From NCBI GenBank assembly GCA_965217895.1, contig CBDCJV010000002.1, positions 64,001-128,000 on the forward strand: a DNA stretch of 64,000 nucleotides. The letters are read 5' to 3'. This document shows, piece by piece, positions 42,073 to 52,765 of this stretch. A program made the translations under genes and the position numbers. The notes below the pieces were generated by a model. The model ran no database searches. It saw only the letters and a program-made list of their open reading frames with translations, and was not told where the DNA came from. This DNA comes from Waterburya sp. GTDB lineage: Bacteria > Cyanobacteriota > Cyanobacteriia > Cyanobacteriales > Xenococcaceae. Each line of letters starts with the position of its first letter. Position 1 is the stretch's first letter.

Positions 42073-42260
42073 ATTTTTAGTAACTTTTTAAACGTCCTAT
42101 CTATATATAACTCTAACAGACCAACTTGGCTGCCAAAAATGGGATTTACAGTAAATTTTAAAGGTCACGTTTAAGCCAGAATTAGCTTAATTTACATCAG
42201 GGGTTATCAATAATTGTAAAATTGTCATAGCACCTAATATTGAACTGACAAAATACTTTT

Positions 42261-43493
42261 ATGACTGCTACTCCTATTAAAGCTTCAGCAAATGTACCAG
42301 ATGAGCTAGGGCGTTTTGGTCCTTATGGGGGAAAATATGTGCCAGAAACATTAATGCCCGCTTTAGCTGAACTTGAAACTGCTTACAACCAATACAAAAA
42401 CGATCCTGAATTTACCGAAGAGCTACAGGGGTTATTAAAAGATTATGTTGGTAGAGCTAATCCTCTTTATTTTGCTGAGCGTCTCAGTCAACATTATGCT
42501 CGTCCTGATTTTCAACCTGAAATTTACCTTAAAAGAGAAGACCTAAACCATACGGGGGCGCACAAAATTAATAATGCGATCGCTCAGGCTTTATTAGCAA
42601 TTCGCATGGGCAAAAAGCGCATTATTGCCGAAACAGGGGCAGGACAACACGGAGTAGCCACAGCCACCGTCTGCGCTCGCTTTGGCTTGGAATGTATTAT
42701 TTACATGGGCGTAGAAGATATGGAAAGACAAAAGCTAAATGTCTTTCGGATGCGTCTTTTAGGAGCAAGGGTTGAACCTGTTTCAGCGGGGACGGGTACA
42801 CTCAAGGATGCTACTAGTGAAGCAATTCGAGATTGGGTAACTAACGTTGAAAGCACTCACTATATACTAGGTTCGGTAGCAGGCCCTCATCCATACCCGA
42901 TGATGGTGAGAGACTTTCATGCTGTAATTGGCAAAGAAACCCGTGAGCAATGTAGGGAAAAGTGGAACGGACTGCCCGATATTGCGATCGCCTGTGTCGG
43001 CGGTGGTTCAAATGCGATCGGACTTTTTTATGAATTTATCCCCGAAAAGAACGTGCGTTTAATTGGTGTCGAAGCAGCAGGAGAAAGCGTGGCTTCGGGC
43101 AAACACGCTGCTACTTTAACCGAAGGAAAACCAGGAGTGTTACACGGTGCCATGAGCTATCTATTACAAGATACTCAAGGACAAATAATTGAGGCACATT
43201 CAATCAGTGCTGGCTTAGATTATCCTGGGGTTGGACCAGAGCATAGTTATTTAAAAGATACCAAAAGGGCAGAATATTATGCCGTTACCGATACCGAAGC
43301 GATCGCCGCCTTGCGTCTTTTGTCAGAATTAGAGGGCATTATTCCCGCCTTAGAAACTGCCCATGCTTTTGCCTATTTAGAAAAACTCTGTCCTCAGTTA
43401 ACAGGAAAACAAAGAATTGTCTTTAACTGTTCGGGCAGAGGTGACAAAGACGTACAAACCGTAGCCAAGTATTTAGGACAGGAATTCTCTTAA
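42261..43493 (+). CDS. trpB: Tryptophan synthase beta subunit
   Basis: [15 protein letters not shown] (PLP lysine), [16 protein letters not shown] and SGRGDKD motifs. Confidence 0.98.
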   Translation: MTATPIKASANVPDELGRFGPYGGKYVPETLMPALAELETAYNQYKNDPEFTEELQGLLKDYVGRANPLYFAERLSQHYARPDFQPEIYLKREDLNHTGAHKINNAIAQALLAIRMGKKRIIAETGAGQHGVATATVCARFGLECIIYMGVEDMERQKLNVFRMRLLGARVEPVSAGTGTLKDATSEAIRDWVTNVESTHYILGSVAGPHPYPMMVRDFHAVIGKETREQCREKWNGLPDIAIACVGGGSNAIGLFYEFIPEKNVRLIGVEAAGESVASGKHAATLTEGKPGVLHGAMSYLLQDTQGQIIEAHSISAGLDYPGVGPEHSYLKDTKRAEYYAVTDTEAIAALRLLSELEGIIPALETAHAFAYLEKLCPQLTGKQRIVFNCSGRGDKDVQTVAKYLGQEFS

Positions 43494-43504
43494 TCCAGAT
43501 AGAT

Positions 43505-46186
43505 GTGGCGGTCGAATTGGGAAGTATAGGGGTAATTGTAATCTTTATTTTTATTACTCCTATCATGTCTTCCAAGCTCAGACAGCGTTGTTTATTATTG
43601 TTTGTTTTTGCCATAGTAGGATTATCAACTAATCTATTTTCTATCCTCTATCAGATGCCTGCTGTTTCGGCTAGAACAACTTCCAATCAAACAGTTGTTA
43701 CTTCTAAAAGTGCTCAGAAGCTTGAGGCGCAAGGCAAATATTTTTATTCTCTTAGCCAGTTTACACAAGCTCTGGAGCTATGGCATCAGGCTGAGTTGAT
43801 TTATGCTGATTCTGAAGACTCTTTGAGCCAAGCAAGGATTTTGAGCAATCTAGCTTTAGCCTATAGCCAATTAAATAATTGGGAGCAAAGCACGGCAAAG
43901 ATAACCGCTAGTTTGCAATTGCTAAACCAAGAGCCTGAGATTAATTCTCCAGAACACATTCGCGCTTTGGCACAGGTGTTTAATAACCAAGGAATAATCC
44001 AGCTAAGTCAGGGAAAAGTAGAACAGGCGATCGCAACTTGGTCACAGGCAAAAGTTAATTATGAAGAGTCTGGCAATGATTTGGGGGTAATTCGCGCATC
44101 TATCAATCAAGCCAGTGCTTTTAAGCAATTAGGGCTTTACCATCGTGCTGTAACCACCTTGGCTGAGGTGGAGAAGCATTTGGCACAACAGCCAGATTCT
44201 CTCCTTAAAGCTACAGGATTAAGAAGCTATGGTGATATTTTGCGTCTTGGAGGTCAAAATAAGCAGTCAAAACAAATTTTGTCGCAAAGTTTGGCAATTG
44301 CAGCCAGAATAAATGCTCCAGAAGAACAGGTTAAAACGTTATTAGCATTGGGTAATAGCTACAAACCAGAATCGCAAAAAGCTTTTAAAAAGTATCAACA
44401 GGGGTTAGATATATGTCGGCAGCAGCCTAACTGCTTGAGAACTGATTTACCTCTGCAAATTCATTTAGCTCAGATTAACCTTTTAACAGAAACTCACTCT
44501 TGGCAGCGCAGCCAGGAATTGATTCCTACTATTCAAGCTGAACTTAATCAATCACTAAATAGTAGAACAAACATCAATCAGAAAATTAATTTTGCCTATA
44601 ATCTGGTTAAATTAAGGCATATATCGCCAGCAAAAGCTTTAAAAGCACAGAAAATTCTTACTTCCTCGGCAATAGAGCAATTTCTTGTTAATACGCTCCA
44701 GCAGGCAAAAGCTCTAGACTATATCAAAGCCCAATCCTACATCTTGGGGTTACAAGGACAGATCGAAGAAGAAGCTCAAGATTGGCAGAATGCCCAAAAA
44801 TACACGCAACAGGCTTTAGTTTTAGCTCAAAACCTGGATGCACCAGAAATTATCTATCTTTGGCAATGGCAATTAGGTAGAATTGATCGGGCTTTAGGAG
44901 ATCGCGCAACTGCGATCGCTGATTATTCTCAAGCGGTAGAAATATTGCAATCCCTTAGCCAAGATCTGGTAGCTATTGATCCCAATCTTCAATATTCATT
45001 CAGCAATAGTGTCGAGCCTGTTTATCGAGAATTGGTTAGTTTGTTATTAGAAGCCGAACCAGGAGAAGAAGTTAGTCAAGTTAATCTAATCAGGGCAAGA
45101 AAGGTTATTGAGTCTCTCCAGTTAGCTGAATTAAATAACTTTTTTAGGGAGGCGTGTTTAGATGCTCAGGCAGTAAACATAGAAAACATCGATGCTCAAG
45201 CAGCCGTAATCTATCCAATTATTTTAAGCGATCGCCTAGAAGTAATACTCAGTTTGCCCCATAAACCACTCAAGCATTATCAAGCAGACATCTCGCAAGT
45301 TGAATTAGAAAAAATTATTGCCCAATTACGTCATGATGTTGTAGTACGAAGTCGTCGTAATTTCTATAGTCCAGCCATCAAGCTGTATGATTTGCTAATT
45401 CGTCCTGCCTTAGAAGATTTAGCTAACAGTCAAATTAAAACTTTAGTTTTTGTGCCTGATGGAGCTTTTCGTAACATTCCTTTGGGAACTTTATACGATG
45501 GTCAAAAATTTCTGATTGAAGACTATAGCATTGCCTTGACTCCTGGGTTGCAGTTACTCGCTCCCCATCCTTTAGAACAGGTTAAATTAAAAACAATCAT
45601 CGCCGGATTAACTAAAAGCAGACAAGGTTTTTCGCCGCTAAACTATGTTGAATCTGAGCTAAAAGAAATAGGGAAGATGGTTGATGGTGTTACTCTGCTG
45701 AATCAAAATTTCACAGCTAAAGCCCTAGAGCAAGAAATTAAATTCAATGACTATCCAATTGTCCACATTGCTACTCATGGTCAGTTTAGTTCAACCCTAG
45801 AAGATACTTTTCTTCTAACCTGGAATGAGCGCGTCAATATTAACGAGCTAGACAGTATTTTACAGACTAGAAATCCCAGTCAAGATAATGCCATTGAACT
45901 TTTGGTTTTAAGTGCCTGTGAAACAGCATCAGGAGACAAACGGGCAGCCCTAGGATTAGCAGGAATGGCGGTAAGAGCAGGAGCAAGAAGCACTTTAGCC
46001 ACTCTTTGGTCAGTCAATGACCGTGCAGCTTCCAAACTTATGAGCGACTTTTATTATGAATTAGCTGCTAAAAAACTGACTAAAGCAGAAGCTGTAAGAC
46101 AAGCACAAATATCTTTACTGCATAACTCCTGGTACAAACACCCTTTTTATTGGGCTCCTTATGTACTATTGGGAAATTGGCTCTGA
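43505..46186 (+). CDS. Exported TPR plus CHAT (caspase-like) domain protein (start probably ATG 43565)
   Basis: Signal-like N-terminus, TPRs, FVPDG, HIATHG, LSACET and HPFYWAPYVLLGNW motifs. Confidence 0.92.
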   Translation: MAVELGSIGVIVIFIFITPIMSSKLRQRCLLLFVFAIVGLSTNLFSILYQMPAVSARTTSNQTVVTSKSAQKLEAQGKYFYSLSQFTQALELWHQAELIYADSEDSLSQARILSNLALAYSQLNNWEQSTAKITASLQLLNQEPEINSPEHIRALAQVFNNQGIIQLSQGKVEQAIATWSQAKVNYEESGNDLGVIRASINQASAFKQLGLYHRAVTTLAEVEKHLAQQPDSLLKATGLRSYGDILRLGGQNKQSKQILSQSLAIAARINAPEEQVKTLLALGNSYKPESQKAFKKYQQGLDICRQQPNCLRTDLPLQIHLAQINLLTETHSWQRSQELIPTIQAELNQSLNSRTNINQKINFAYNLVKLRHISPAKALKAQKILTSSAIEQFLVNTLQQAKALDYIKAQSYILGLQGQIEEEAQDWQNAQKYTQQALVLAQNLDAPEIIYLWQWQLGRIDRALGDRATAIADYSQAVEILQSLSQDLVAIDPNLQYSFSNSVEPVYRELVSLLLEAEPGEEVSQVNLIRARKVIESLQLAELNNFFREACLDAQAVNIENIDAQAAVIYPIILSDRLEVILSLPHKPLKHYQADISQVELEKIIAQLRHDVVVRSRRNFYSPAIKLYDLLIRPALEDLANSQIKTLVFVPDGAFRNIPLGTLYDGQKFLIEDYSIALTPGLQLLAPHPLEQVKLKTIIAGLTKSRQGFSPLNYVESELKEIGKMVDGVTLLNQNFTAKALEQEIKFNDYPIVHIATHGQFSSTLEDTFLLTWNERVNINELDSILQTRNPSQDNAIELLVLSACETASGDKRAALGLAGMAVRAGARSTLATLWSVNDRAASKLMSDFYYELAAKKLTKAEAVRQAQISLLHNSWYKHPFYWAPYVLLGNWL

Positions 46187-46206
46187 GAGTAGATTCCTTT
46201 ATATTT

Positions 46207-47685
46207 CTATTTCTCTGGTTTTTCGTCTTGCCAAGTTTTGGTACAGACAACAAATAATTCAACTCCCAATTCGCTACTTTGAATTTCTACGGGCAAAGAA
46301 CGGAATTTAGAACGAGAAAACAGTTTTTCTAAATCTTCGGCAGAGCGATAAATAGAGTGCCATTCAAGGATATGTTCTAACAAAACGCGATCGGGGTTAG
46401 CAGCATGAAAGTTACCTAAAATTACAGTACCGTTAGGTAAAAGACGCTCATAAATCCAGTCTAAGATGCGAATTAACTCGCGATCGCGCAGATAATTTGC
46501 CATACTGATGCTATAAATTAGCTGCTGAGGTGGAATGTCTATATGGCTATAGCCTTCTGCTAATAAAAAGAGATTATCTTGAATAAAAGTTAAATTGTCC
46601 CGAAAGCCCCATTTATGAGCCACAGCAGCAGCAGCAGCTAAATCTTGGTGATTAAAATCTATACAGGTAACATGAGCATTTGGTGGTGAACTTTGAAAAT
46701 AAAGATCTAATATTTCTGGTGCAGAACCACTGGCTAAACTAGTGACAGGCATAGGATCGTCCGCTGACCAATCTTCTGCTAGCTGCTTAACAGTGTCGGT
46801 AATTATGCCCCCACGATTTTTCAGAGCTAAAAAAGTGGGTAATGAACGAATCCAACGGTCTAAATAAATTCCTAAATGTCCATCTCCTTCTGGCTCATTT
46901 TGAGATAAAAGTCTAGTGATATAGCAATCGCTGACACAATCTCCAGGCTTACGAAAGGCGCGATCGAAAAAGCTACTGAGCATATAAAAAGGAAAAGTTT
47001 CGCGAAACAAGTAAGTTCCAATCGCTTTTTGCATAGCTGGCTCTTGAATAATCTGCTCTCGCAAAGAATTAATCAGCATATTGCAAATTTTATTAATTTG
47101 TTCTTGAGCCTCCGTTTCGCTTAGTTTCTTCTCGCGAATAGACTGTTCAATATGATAAAGAGCTTCTTTAAATAATTCTGTTTCGCCAATTAATTCAGGA
47201 GGTATGCTGTCTTGCCCAACCTGTCCCGTTCGCTGCATCTCATATTCAGGAGCGATGCGCACTCGTCGCATCAAATGAGCCACCAAAGAAGAGGTTTGAC
47301 GCAAACGGCCTGCAAGATTGTGCGCCAAAGACTGATAAAAACGGTCTGATAAACCTGGCACAGAGGTCAGCAAAGAATAAAGATTTTGCTTATCTAAAAT
47401 ACAAACTTCTACTTTGCCTTGAGCAATCACCGCAGCACTAGCGGGAACTTCTTCTAAAAAAGACATTTCGCCAAAAACTTCGCCTGGCTCTAAAAATGAA
47501 ATTGCTACTCCCCTACCAGAAGCTGACCTTTCAACTCTAACTATGCCTTTTCTAACTAAATAAATCTGCTGAGACAAACGACCCTCTTTAAGAATCACCT
47601 CGTTTTGCTCGTAGGTGGCAACTTGGGCTTTTTCCAGTAGAACATTATAATCTTCGGTGGTTAGATATTTTAGTTTGCTGTCCAT
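46207..47685 (-). CDS. Cyclic nucleotide-binding domain fused to a SAM-methyltransferase-like domain
   Basis: N-terminal GEVFGEMSFL cNMP fold; C-terminal SLASGSAPE, CIDFN, YSISMANYL and LLPNGTVILGNF motifs. Confidence 0.8.
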   Translation of the reverse strand: MDSKLKYLTTEDYNVLLEKAQVATYEQNEVILKEGRLSQQIYLVRKGIVRVERSASGRGVAISFLEPGEVFGEMSFLEEVPASAAVIAQGKVEVCILDKQNLYSLLTSVPGLSDRFYQSLAHNLAGRLRQTSSLVAHLMRRVRIAPEYEMQRTGQVGQDSIPPELIGETELFKEALYHIEQSIREKKLSETEAQEQINKICNMLINSLREQIIQEPAMQKAIGTYLFRETFPFYMLSSFFDRAFRKPGDCVSDCYITRLLSQNEPEGDGHLGIYLDRWIRSLPTFLALKNRGGIITDTVKQLAEDWSADDPMPVTSLASGSAPEILDLYFQSSPPNAHVTCIDFNHQDLAAAAAVAHKWGFRDNLTFIQDNLFLLAEGYSHIDIPPQQLIYSISMANYLRDRELIRILDWIYERLLPNGTVILGNFHAANPDRVLLEHILEWHSIYRSAEDLEKLFSRSKFRSLPVEIQSSELGVELFVVCTKTWQDEKPEK

Positions 47686-47728
47686 TTACTCTGATTTCTC
47701 CTTGCTCCACCCAGTCATAGTTCCCAAA

Positions 47729-49063
47729 TTAATCATTCTGCACATCATTTTGGGTCAAAGAATTAGCAAATTGGCAATTAGATAAATTAGGTCGCCAGGC
47801 TCGATCGTGAAATAAGTTTTTTAGGGCTGTCTTTCTTCTTTGAGGTGATTCGGCTGAGAGATTCCAGAGACTTTCGTAAAAGAAAAAGGATATTCCCGCA
47901 AACTTCTGACGACGGGCGATATTAACCTGCTGATAAATTTTGTGCCAAAATATGGGACGACCTTTCAAGCCTGATAAGATGCCAATTCCTACAGGAATAT
48001 GTTCCTTGGCTTCGAGAATTGCAGGCTGTTCTAATTCTCGCAGAAAACTAGCAGTGCGATCGCGATATATTTGGACAATTAGTTCTTCAATTAAGCCTTC
48101 TCTTTCCCATTTGTGCCAGTCCAACAAAAAGGAATTGAGTGAAAATTCTTGGGGGTTGGGAGATACAGACACAATCGCTTGGGAGTTGTGGCTTTTGATC
48201 TCCTGAAATAGCTTGGCTACATAAGTCGTAATTTTATCCGCCCGCCACTGAACCCAATCTGGATTTAAAGGATCTTTTGGGGGTAATTTGCCCTCATGCT
48301 CCTGTTGATATAGCTTGACGGTATATTCGTCATAGCCCAACTCAGACGGATAGCCAAAGTGATCGTCTAGCTGAATGCCGTCAATGTCGTAGTTACTAAC
48401 TATCTCGACGATTAAATCAGTCATAAACTCCTGAACATCGGGGCGTAAAGGATTAAGCCAGACTCGTTGATGTACATTTCCTTCCCACCAAATAGTGCTA
48501 CCGTCTTGTCTTTTGGTTAGCCATTGAGGGTGACGCTGGGCTAACTCAGAATCAGCAGGAGCCATAAAGCCAAACTCAAACCAGGGAATGACGCTCATGC
48601 CCTTTTTATGTCCCTCTTTGACAATTTCCTTTAAAATATCTCGACCCTGTAGTCCTTGATTGGGGTCGAGTGCTAAACCTGTAGCTGCTTCTGAAACCTG
48701 GGAAGGATAAAGAGTATAGCCCCAGTTCCAGACTGTCGGATAAAGAGTATTAAAATTAGATTCTGCCAAAAGTGCGATCGCTTTTTTGGTCTTTTCACTC
48801 TCAAACAAAACATCACTATCTATATTTGTCAGCCACACTCCCCTTAACTCTTTTGTTTTGTCTATTTGGCATACTTGGTTTTCAGTCGGATTTATTTTTC
48901 CATTTCCTAAATCCTGAGAATGACCAGGAAAAGGAGTGATAGATACCAAAGTTAAAGCCAAAATAAACAGAAAAATCAGCCAGTATTGACGACCTCGATC
49001 TTGACTAAATTGAACTAATTTATTGGCGCAGATATCAAATGATTTAGCAATGCGTTCTTTCAT
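47729..49063 (-). CDS. Glycoside hydrolase-like 10 (DUF187) family protein
   Basis: ELRGVWLTN, WFEFG, WLNP, YDIDGIQLDDHFGYP and QIYR motifs. Confidence 0.9.
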   Translation of the reverse strand: MKERIAKSFDICANKLVQFSQDRGRQYWLIFLFILALTLVSITPFPGHSQDLGNGKINPTENQVCQIDKTKELRGVWLTNIDSDVLFESEKTKKAIALLAESNFNTLYPTVWNWGYTLYPSQVSEAATGLALDPNQGLQGRDILKEIVKEGHKKGMSVIPWFEFGFMAPADSELAQRHPQWLTKRQDGSTIWWEGNVHQRVWLNPLRPDVQEFMTDLIVEIVSNYDIDGIQLDDHFGYPSELGYDEYTVKLYQQEHEGKLPPKDPLNPDWVQWRADKITTYVAKLFQEIKSHNSQAIVSVSPNPQEFSLNSFLLDWHKWEREGLIEELIVQIYRDRTASFLRELEQPAILEAKEHIPVGIGILSGLKGRPIFWHKIYQQVNIARRQKFAGISFFFYESLWNLSAESPQRRKTALKNLFHDRAWRPNLSNCQFANSLTQNDVQND

Positions 49064-49171
49064 TAAATGTCTTAATAATCCAATAATTATGGCGATTATA
49101 ACCCTTTAGTTTAATCTCAAACTATATTTTGTTTTACACAAAAATTTGATATTCAATATTTAAGCTTAAAT

Positions 49172-50020
49172 TTAAGGATCAGCAGCTTTAGAATTAGCTT
49201 GAATAAACCTTTGTAAAGTCTGAAAATACTGTTGACCTCCTAGCTGATGCACGTTCATGTGTCCTGCTTGAGGAATAATCACTAGCTCTTTAGGTTCGGG
49301 TGAAGCATTAAAGAGCTTCTGCGCCATATAAGCTGGAATAGTTCGATCGTCCTCACCATGAAATATTAATAAAGGAGTTTGCAGAGACTTTATTTTAGTA
49401 ATTGAATCAAAGCGTTGAGTAACAATCCAATCTAAAGGAAAAAGTCGGAAAGCTTGATTAAACCCAGCAATCTCTTTCATAGAAGTAAAAGTTCCTTCGG
49501 TAATTAATCCAGCCATCTGCGGGTGTTTTATTGCTAGATTTATGGCGATCGCACCACCTAATGAATGACCATAGACAAAGATATTCTGAGGCTTGATTTG
49601 GCGTTTTTTAGTTAAGTATTCCCAGGCTGCATCAGCATCTTCGTATACCCTTGTTTCATTCGGAAATCCAGGACTGCTTTTACCATAGCCTCGATAGTCT
49701 ATCAGTAAAACTGATAACCCCAACTTATGAAACATAGCAGCAATCCCAGGTAAATCCCCATTATTGCTGCCATTACCGTGAAAATACAGCAAAACTGGAG
49801 CAGTTTTTTTGGTCTGAGGAATCCACCATCCATGAATTTTTTCTTGGTCTATAGCAATCCAAACATCTTGATAGTCTAAACTGTATTTTTCGGGAGTTGA
49901 TTTAATTAAGTCATCAGGCTGAAATATTAATTTAGTTTGTCCAAAACGTAATATTAAACAGATAAAAATGTATAGAGTTACACAAACTCCAGGAATAATA
50001 AAACCAAGTTTTTTTAGCAT
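49172..50020 (-). CDS. Alpha/beta hydrolase
   Basis: YFHGNG, DYRGYG, GHSLGG nucleophile elbow, HGEDD and AGH motifs. Confidence 0.9.
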   Translation of the reverse strand: MLKKLGFIIPGVCVTLYIFICLILRFGQTKLIFQPDDLIKSTPEKYSLDYQDVWIAIDQEKIHGWWIPQTKKTAPVLLYFHGNGSNNGDLPGIAAMFHKLGLSVLLIDYRGYGKSSPGFPNETRVYEDADAAWEYLTKKRQIKPQNIFVYGHSLGGAIAINLAIKHPQMAGLITEGTFTSMKEIAGFNQAFRLFPLDWIVTQRFDSITKIKSLQTPLLIFHGEDDRTIPAYMAQKLFNASPEPKELVIIPQAGHMNVHQLGGQQYFQTLQRFIQANSKAADP

Positions 50021-50538
50021 TAATAAATCTTTAAAATCTAGTAATATATCTTTGGGCTGACTGCGATCCCCGTTATCTGTGATAATTTAGAAATTCCAAT
50101 TGTTTATTACCCATAAAGTAAAGCAAATTTAACATTATTTTATAAACTAAGAATTTTCTTGACCTATAATAAAAGAAAGCGCAACTTTACACTATCTTTA
50201 AGTTATTTATCTAGCTTGAGATCAACATTGGTCAACGATCGTCAAAGGATTCGTCCGTCTAAGGCAGAGTAATCTCTAGCTTTAATTTAAAACCCCTTAA
50301 GAAAATCCAGGATTCAAGATCCTATCTGAATCTGCTTTTTAGAACAACTTTTAATATATAAAATTCTTGCCCACTGTTTTGAAGCAGTTTACAAGAGTTG
50401 CCTTGATTTGAGGTTATTTAATTCAAATCATTTTTTTACTGCTACAGCTAAATTCAATCATAATATTTTCTCAAATTTTGCCGACAACAAGATTCAGTTT
50501 ACCGTGACTATTGCTATATATTAGAGGTATCTAAAACC

Positions 50539-50763
50539 ATGAAAACTTATGCTTTGTGTCCTTGCTGTTCCAATAAATTAATGCACCACATAAGTCGTCA
50601 TCGAGATTACTGGTTTTGTCGTGGGTGCTGGCAAGAAATGCCTTTAATTAATATTGAGATAATAGAAGAAGAAACTTACGATTTTAACAGTGAACGAAAA
50701 ATAAACGTCAAATCCATAGCTAATTTAGTAAAACCTACAAAAGTAAGCTTGACCATCGGTTAA
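50539..50763 (+). CDS. Small Cys-rich (zinc-ribbon-like) hypothetical protein
   Basis: CPCCS..L..H......WFCRGCWQEMP pattern; GAGG RBS upstream. Confidence 0.7.
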   Translation: MKTYALCPCCSNKLMHHISRHRDYWFCRGCWQEMPLINIEIIEEETYDFNSERKINVKSIANLVKPTKVSLTIG

Positions 50764-50935
50764 TCAAGCAAACTCAATTAAAGACTCAATAAATTTAGAC
50801 GTAGTTTATGAAAATAGACCCACTTAATCATGTTGTCCAATTAGATAAAAGTGAAGCTAAAATAAAGTTTTGATTTCTGCACAAAGTATAATGTGTAGAA
50901 AGTATAGTTTATCTGTAGGACAATGCTTTTAGCTG

Positions 50936-51775
50936 ATGAATAATTTATCTCAACTTCGAGACAAGATAAAAAAGAAAAGCAAAAAAGCTGCCCTAAAAGC
51001 CACAAACTTAATTCAAAATAGCTTTGGTCTTTCAGGAGGAAACATGACTCAGCACGATCGCGTAGTGTTCGATCTAAAGGGTTATATTGTCATACCCGCT
51101 GTCTTAAACGAAAATGAGGTCAAGGTAATCAAAGATTTGGTACTGCGCCAAAAGAACGATCCAGAGTCGTTACCATCCCACGAGCGTTATTTACCAGGAG
51201 GAGCTTTTGCTAAACTAATTGACCATCCTGCGGTGATGAATGTGCTGTTAGATGTAATCGATCCAGATGTCAATAAGATCCGTTTGGAAAACGCTTTTTT
51301 GAGCTACCGAGAAAAAGGCGAGGGAGAGTGGAATCCCCATGCAGGTGGACCAACTACCAACCCTAACTATGCCTATAATTTTCAGGATGGCAGAATTTAT
51401 GCGGGCATGACGCGAGTAGTTTGGGAATTGAATGAAGTTTTAGAAGATAAAGGCGGAACCTGTTTTATCCCAGGAAGCCACAAAGCGAACTACAATATTC
51501 GCACCAATCCTGTTACCACTATCGATGCTAGAGATTCAGGACTGTGGGAAAGCTATAGTTGTCCTCCTGGCTCACTAATAATTTTCTCCGAAGCAGTCAG
51601 ACACTCAGGTGATATTTGGCAAAATCCTCATAACCCTCGTGCAGCAATTTTCTGTGCTTATAATCACATCAATGTACGCCATCATAAGCCAAATATTCCC
51701 CCAGAAGTTATTACCAATTTAGCTCCCAAACATCAGCGTTTTTTCAGGGAAGTCTATCATCCTTTGTTCGATTAA
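50936..51775 (+). CDS. Phytanoyl-CoA dioxygenase (PhyH)-family Fe(II)/2-oxoglutarate enzyme (alternative start ATG 51044)
   Basis: FDLKGYIVIPAVL, LIDHP, GGTCFIPGSHK, distal RHSG and the 2OG-binding Arg in NPRAA. Confidence 0.85.
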   Translation: MNNLSQLRDKIKKKSKKAALKATNLIQNSFGLSGGNMTQHDRVVFDLKGYIVIPAVLNENEVKVIKDLVLRQKNDPESLPSHERYLPGGAFAKLIDHPAVMNVLLDVIDPDVNKIRLENAFLSYREKGEGEWNPHAGGPTTNPNYAYNFQDGRIYAGMTRVVWELNEVLEDKGGTCFIPGSHKANYNIRTNPVTTIDARDSGLWESYSCPPGSLIIFSEAVRHSGDIWQNPHNPRAAIFCAYNHINVRHHKPNIPPEVITNLAPKHQRFFREVYHPLFD

Positions 51776-51865
51776 TTGTTGTTTTGATTTAGTTTTTTTT
51801 AGAGTCAAAAATATCTACAATTAAAATAGCATTAGCTGTTAATCATAAAATTACTTTCTCACGTT

Positions 51866-52684
51866 ATGCGCGATCGCTACATAGTAAATAGCAAGCCGAC
51901 TATAATCAGGCAAATAATAACCCTGGTGTTTATCCTGGCAGCTTTTGGCACGAATATTTTAGCCAACGTCAATCCTCCTAAGGGCTTAACTATTGGTCAA
52001 ATTTCCAACAAGTTTTTTGGCGATATTTTGATTATTCCTGCTAATTATGCTTTTGCTATTTGGGGCATAATTTATTTTGGTTTAATTAGTTTTGCTATAT
52101 ACCAAGCTCTCCCTAGACAAAGAAGTAATTTGTTGCTACAGCAAATTGGCTACAAGCTAGCAATTTCCTCCTTAGCTCAGGTTGCCTGGGTATTTTGCTT
52201 TATATATCGGCAATATGCTGCTTCTTTCTTGGCAATGTTAGGCATATTACTGCCTCTGATTGCTGCTTATTGGTGTTTACCTTTTAAATCTACTACTAAT
52301 CGTCACCACCGTATAAACAAACAGGATAAATGGTTAATTCGTATTCCAATCAGTATTTATCTATCTTGGATTAGCGTGGCGACAATAGTTAATGGAGCAA
52401 TCGTTTTAAAATCTTGGCAGTGGGGTGGCTGGGGTATAAGCGCGGAGATTTGGACAATCATTATGCTGCTGCTAGCTGCTTTTATTACTCATTTGATTAG
52501 TATTCCCAGACTCGATTTCTTTTATGCGGGAGTGTTTGTTTGGGCATTAATGGCGATCGCCATTAAAAACACCGATAAACTTATCATTTCAGGTACAGCG
52601 ATCGGTTTAAGTTTGGCTTTGACTATTTTGATCTTGTCTTTTAGTTTTTATGCTCCAAGCTATCGAAATATAGAGAATAGTTAA
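51866..52684 (+). CDS. Tryptophan-rich integral membrane protein (TspO/MBR-like)
   Basis: PANYAFAIWGIIY and SIYLSWISVATIVN motifs; multiple TM helices. Confidence 0.75.
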   Translation: MRDRYIVNSKPTIIRQIITLVFILAAFGTNILANVNPPKGLTIGQISNKFFGDILIIPANYAFAIWGIIYFGLISFAIYQALPRQRSNLLLQQIGYKLAISSLAQVAWVFCFIYRQYAASFLAMLGILLPLIAAYWCLPFKSTTNRHHRINKQDKWLIRIPISIYLSWISVATIVNGAIVLKSWQWGGWGISAEIWTIIMLLLAAFITHLISIPRLDFFYAGVFVWALMAIAIKNTDKLIISGTAIGLSLALTILILSFSFYAPSYRNIENS

Positions 52685-52765
52685 TTTTTAAGTAATAAAG
52701 TTATTGCATAAACTGTTATTGATTACTTTAGTAAAGGATAAGAGGTGATATGTATTTATATGTAA

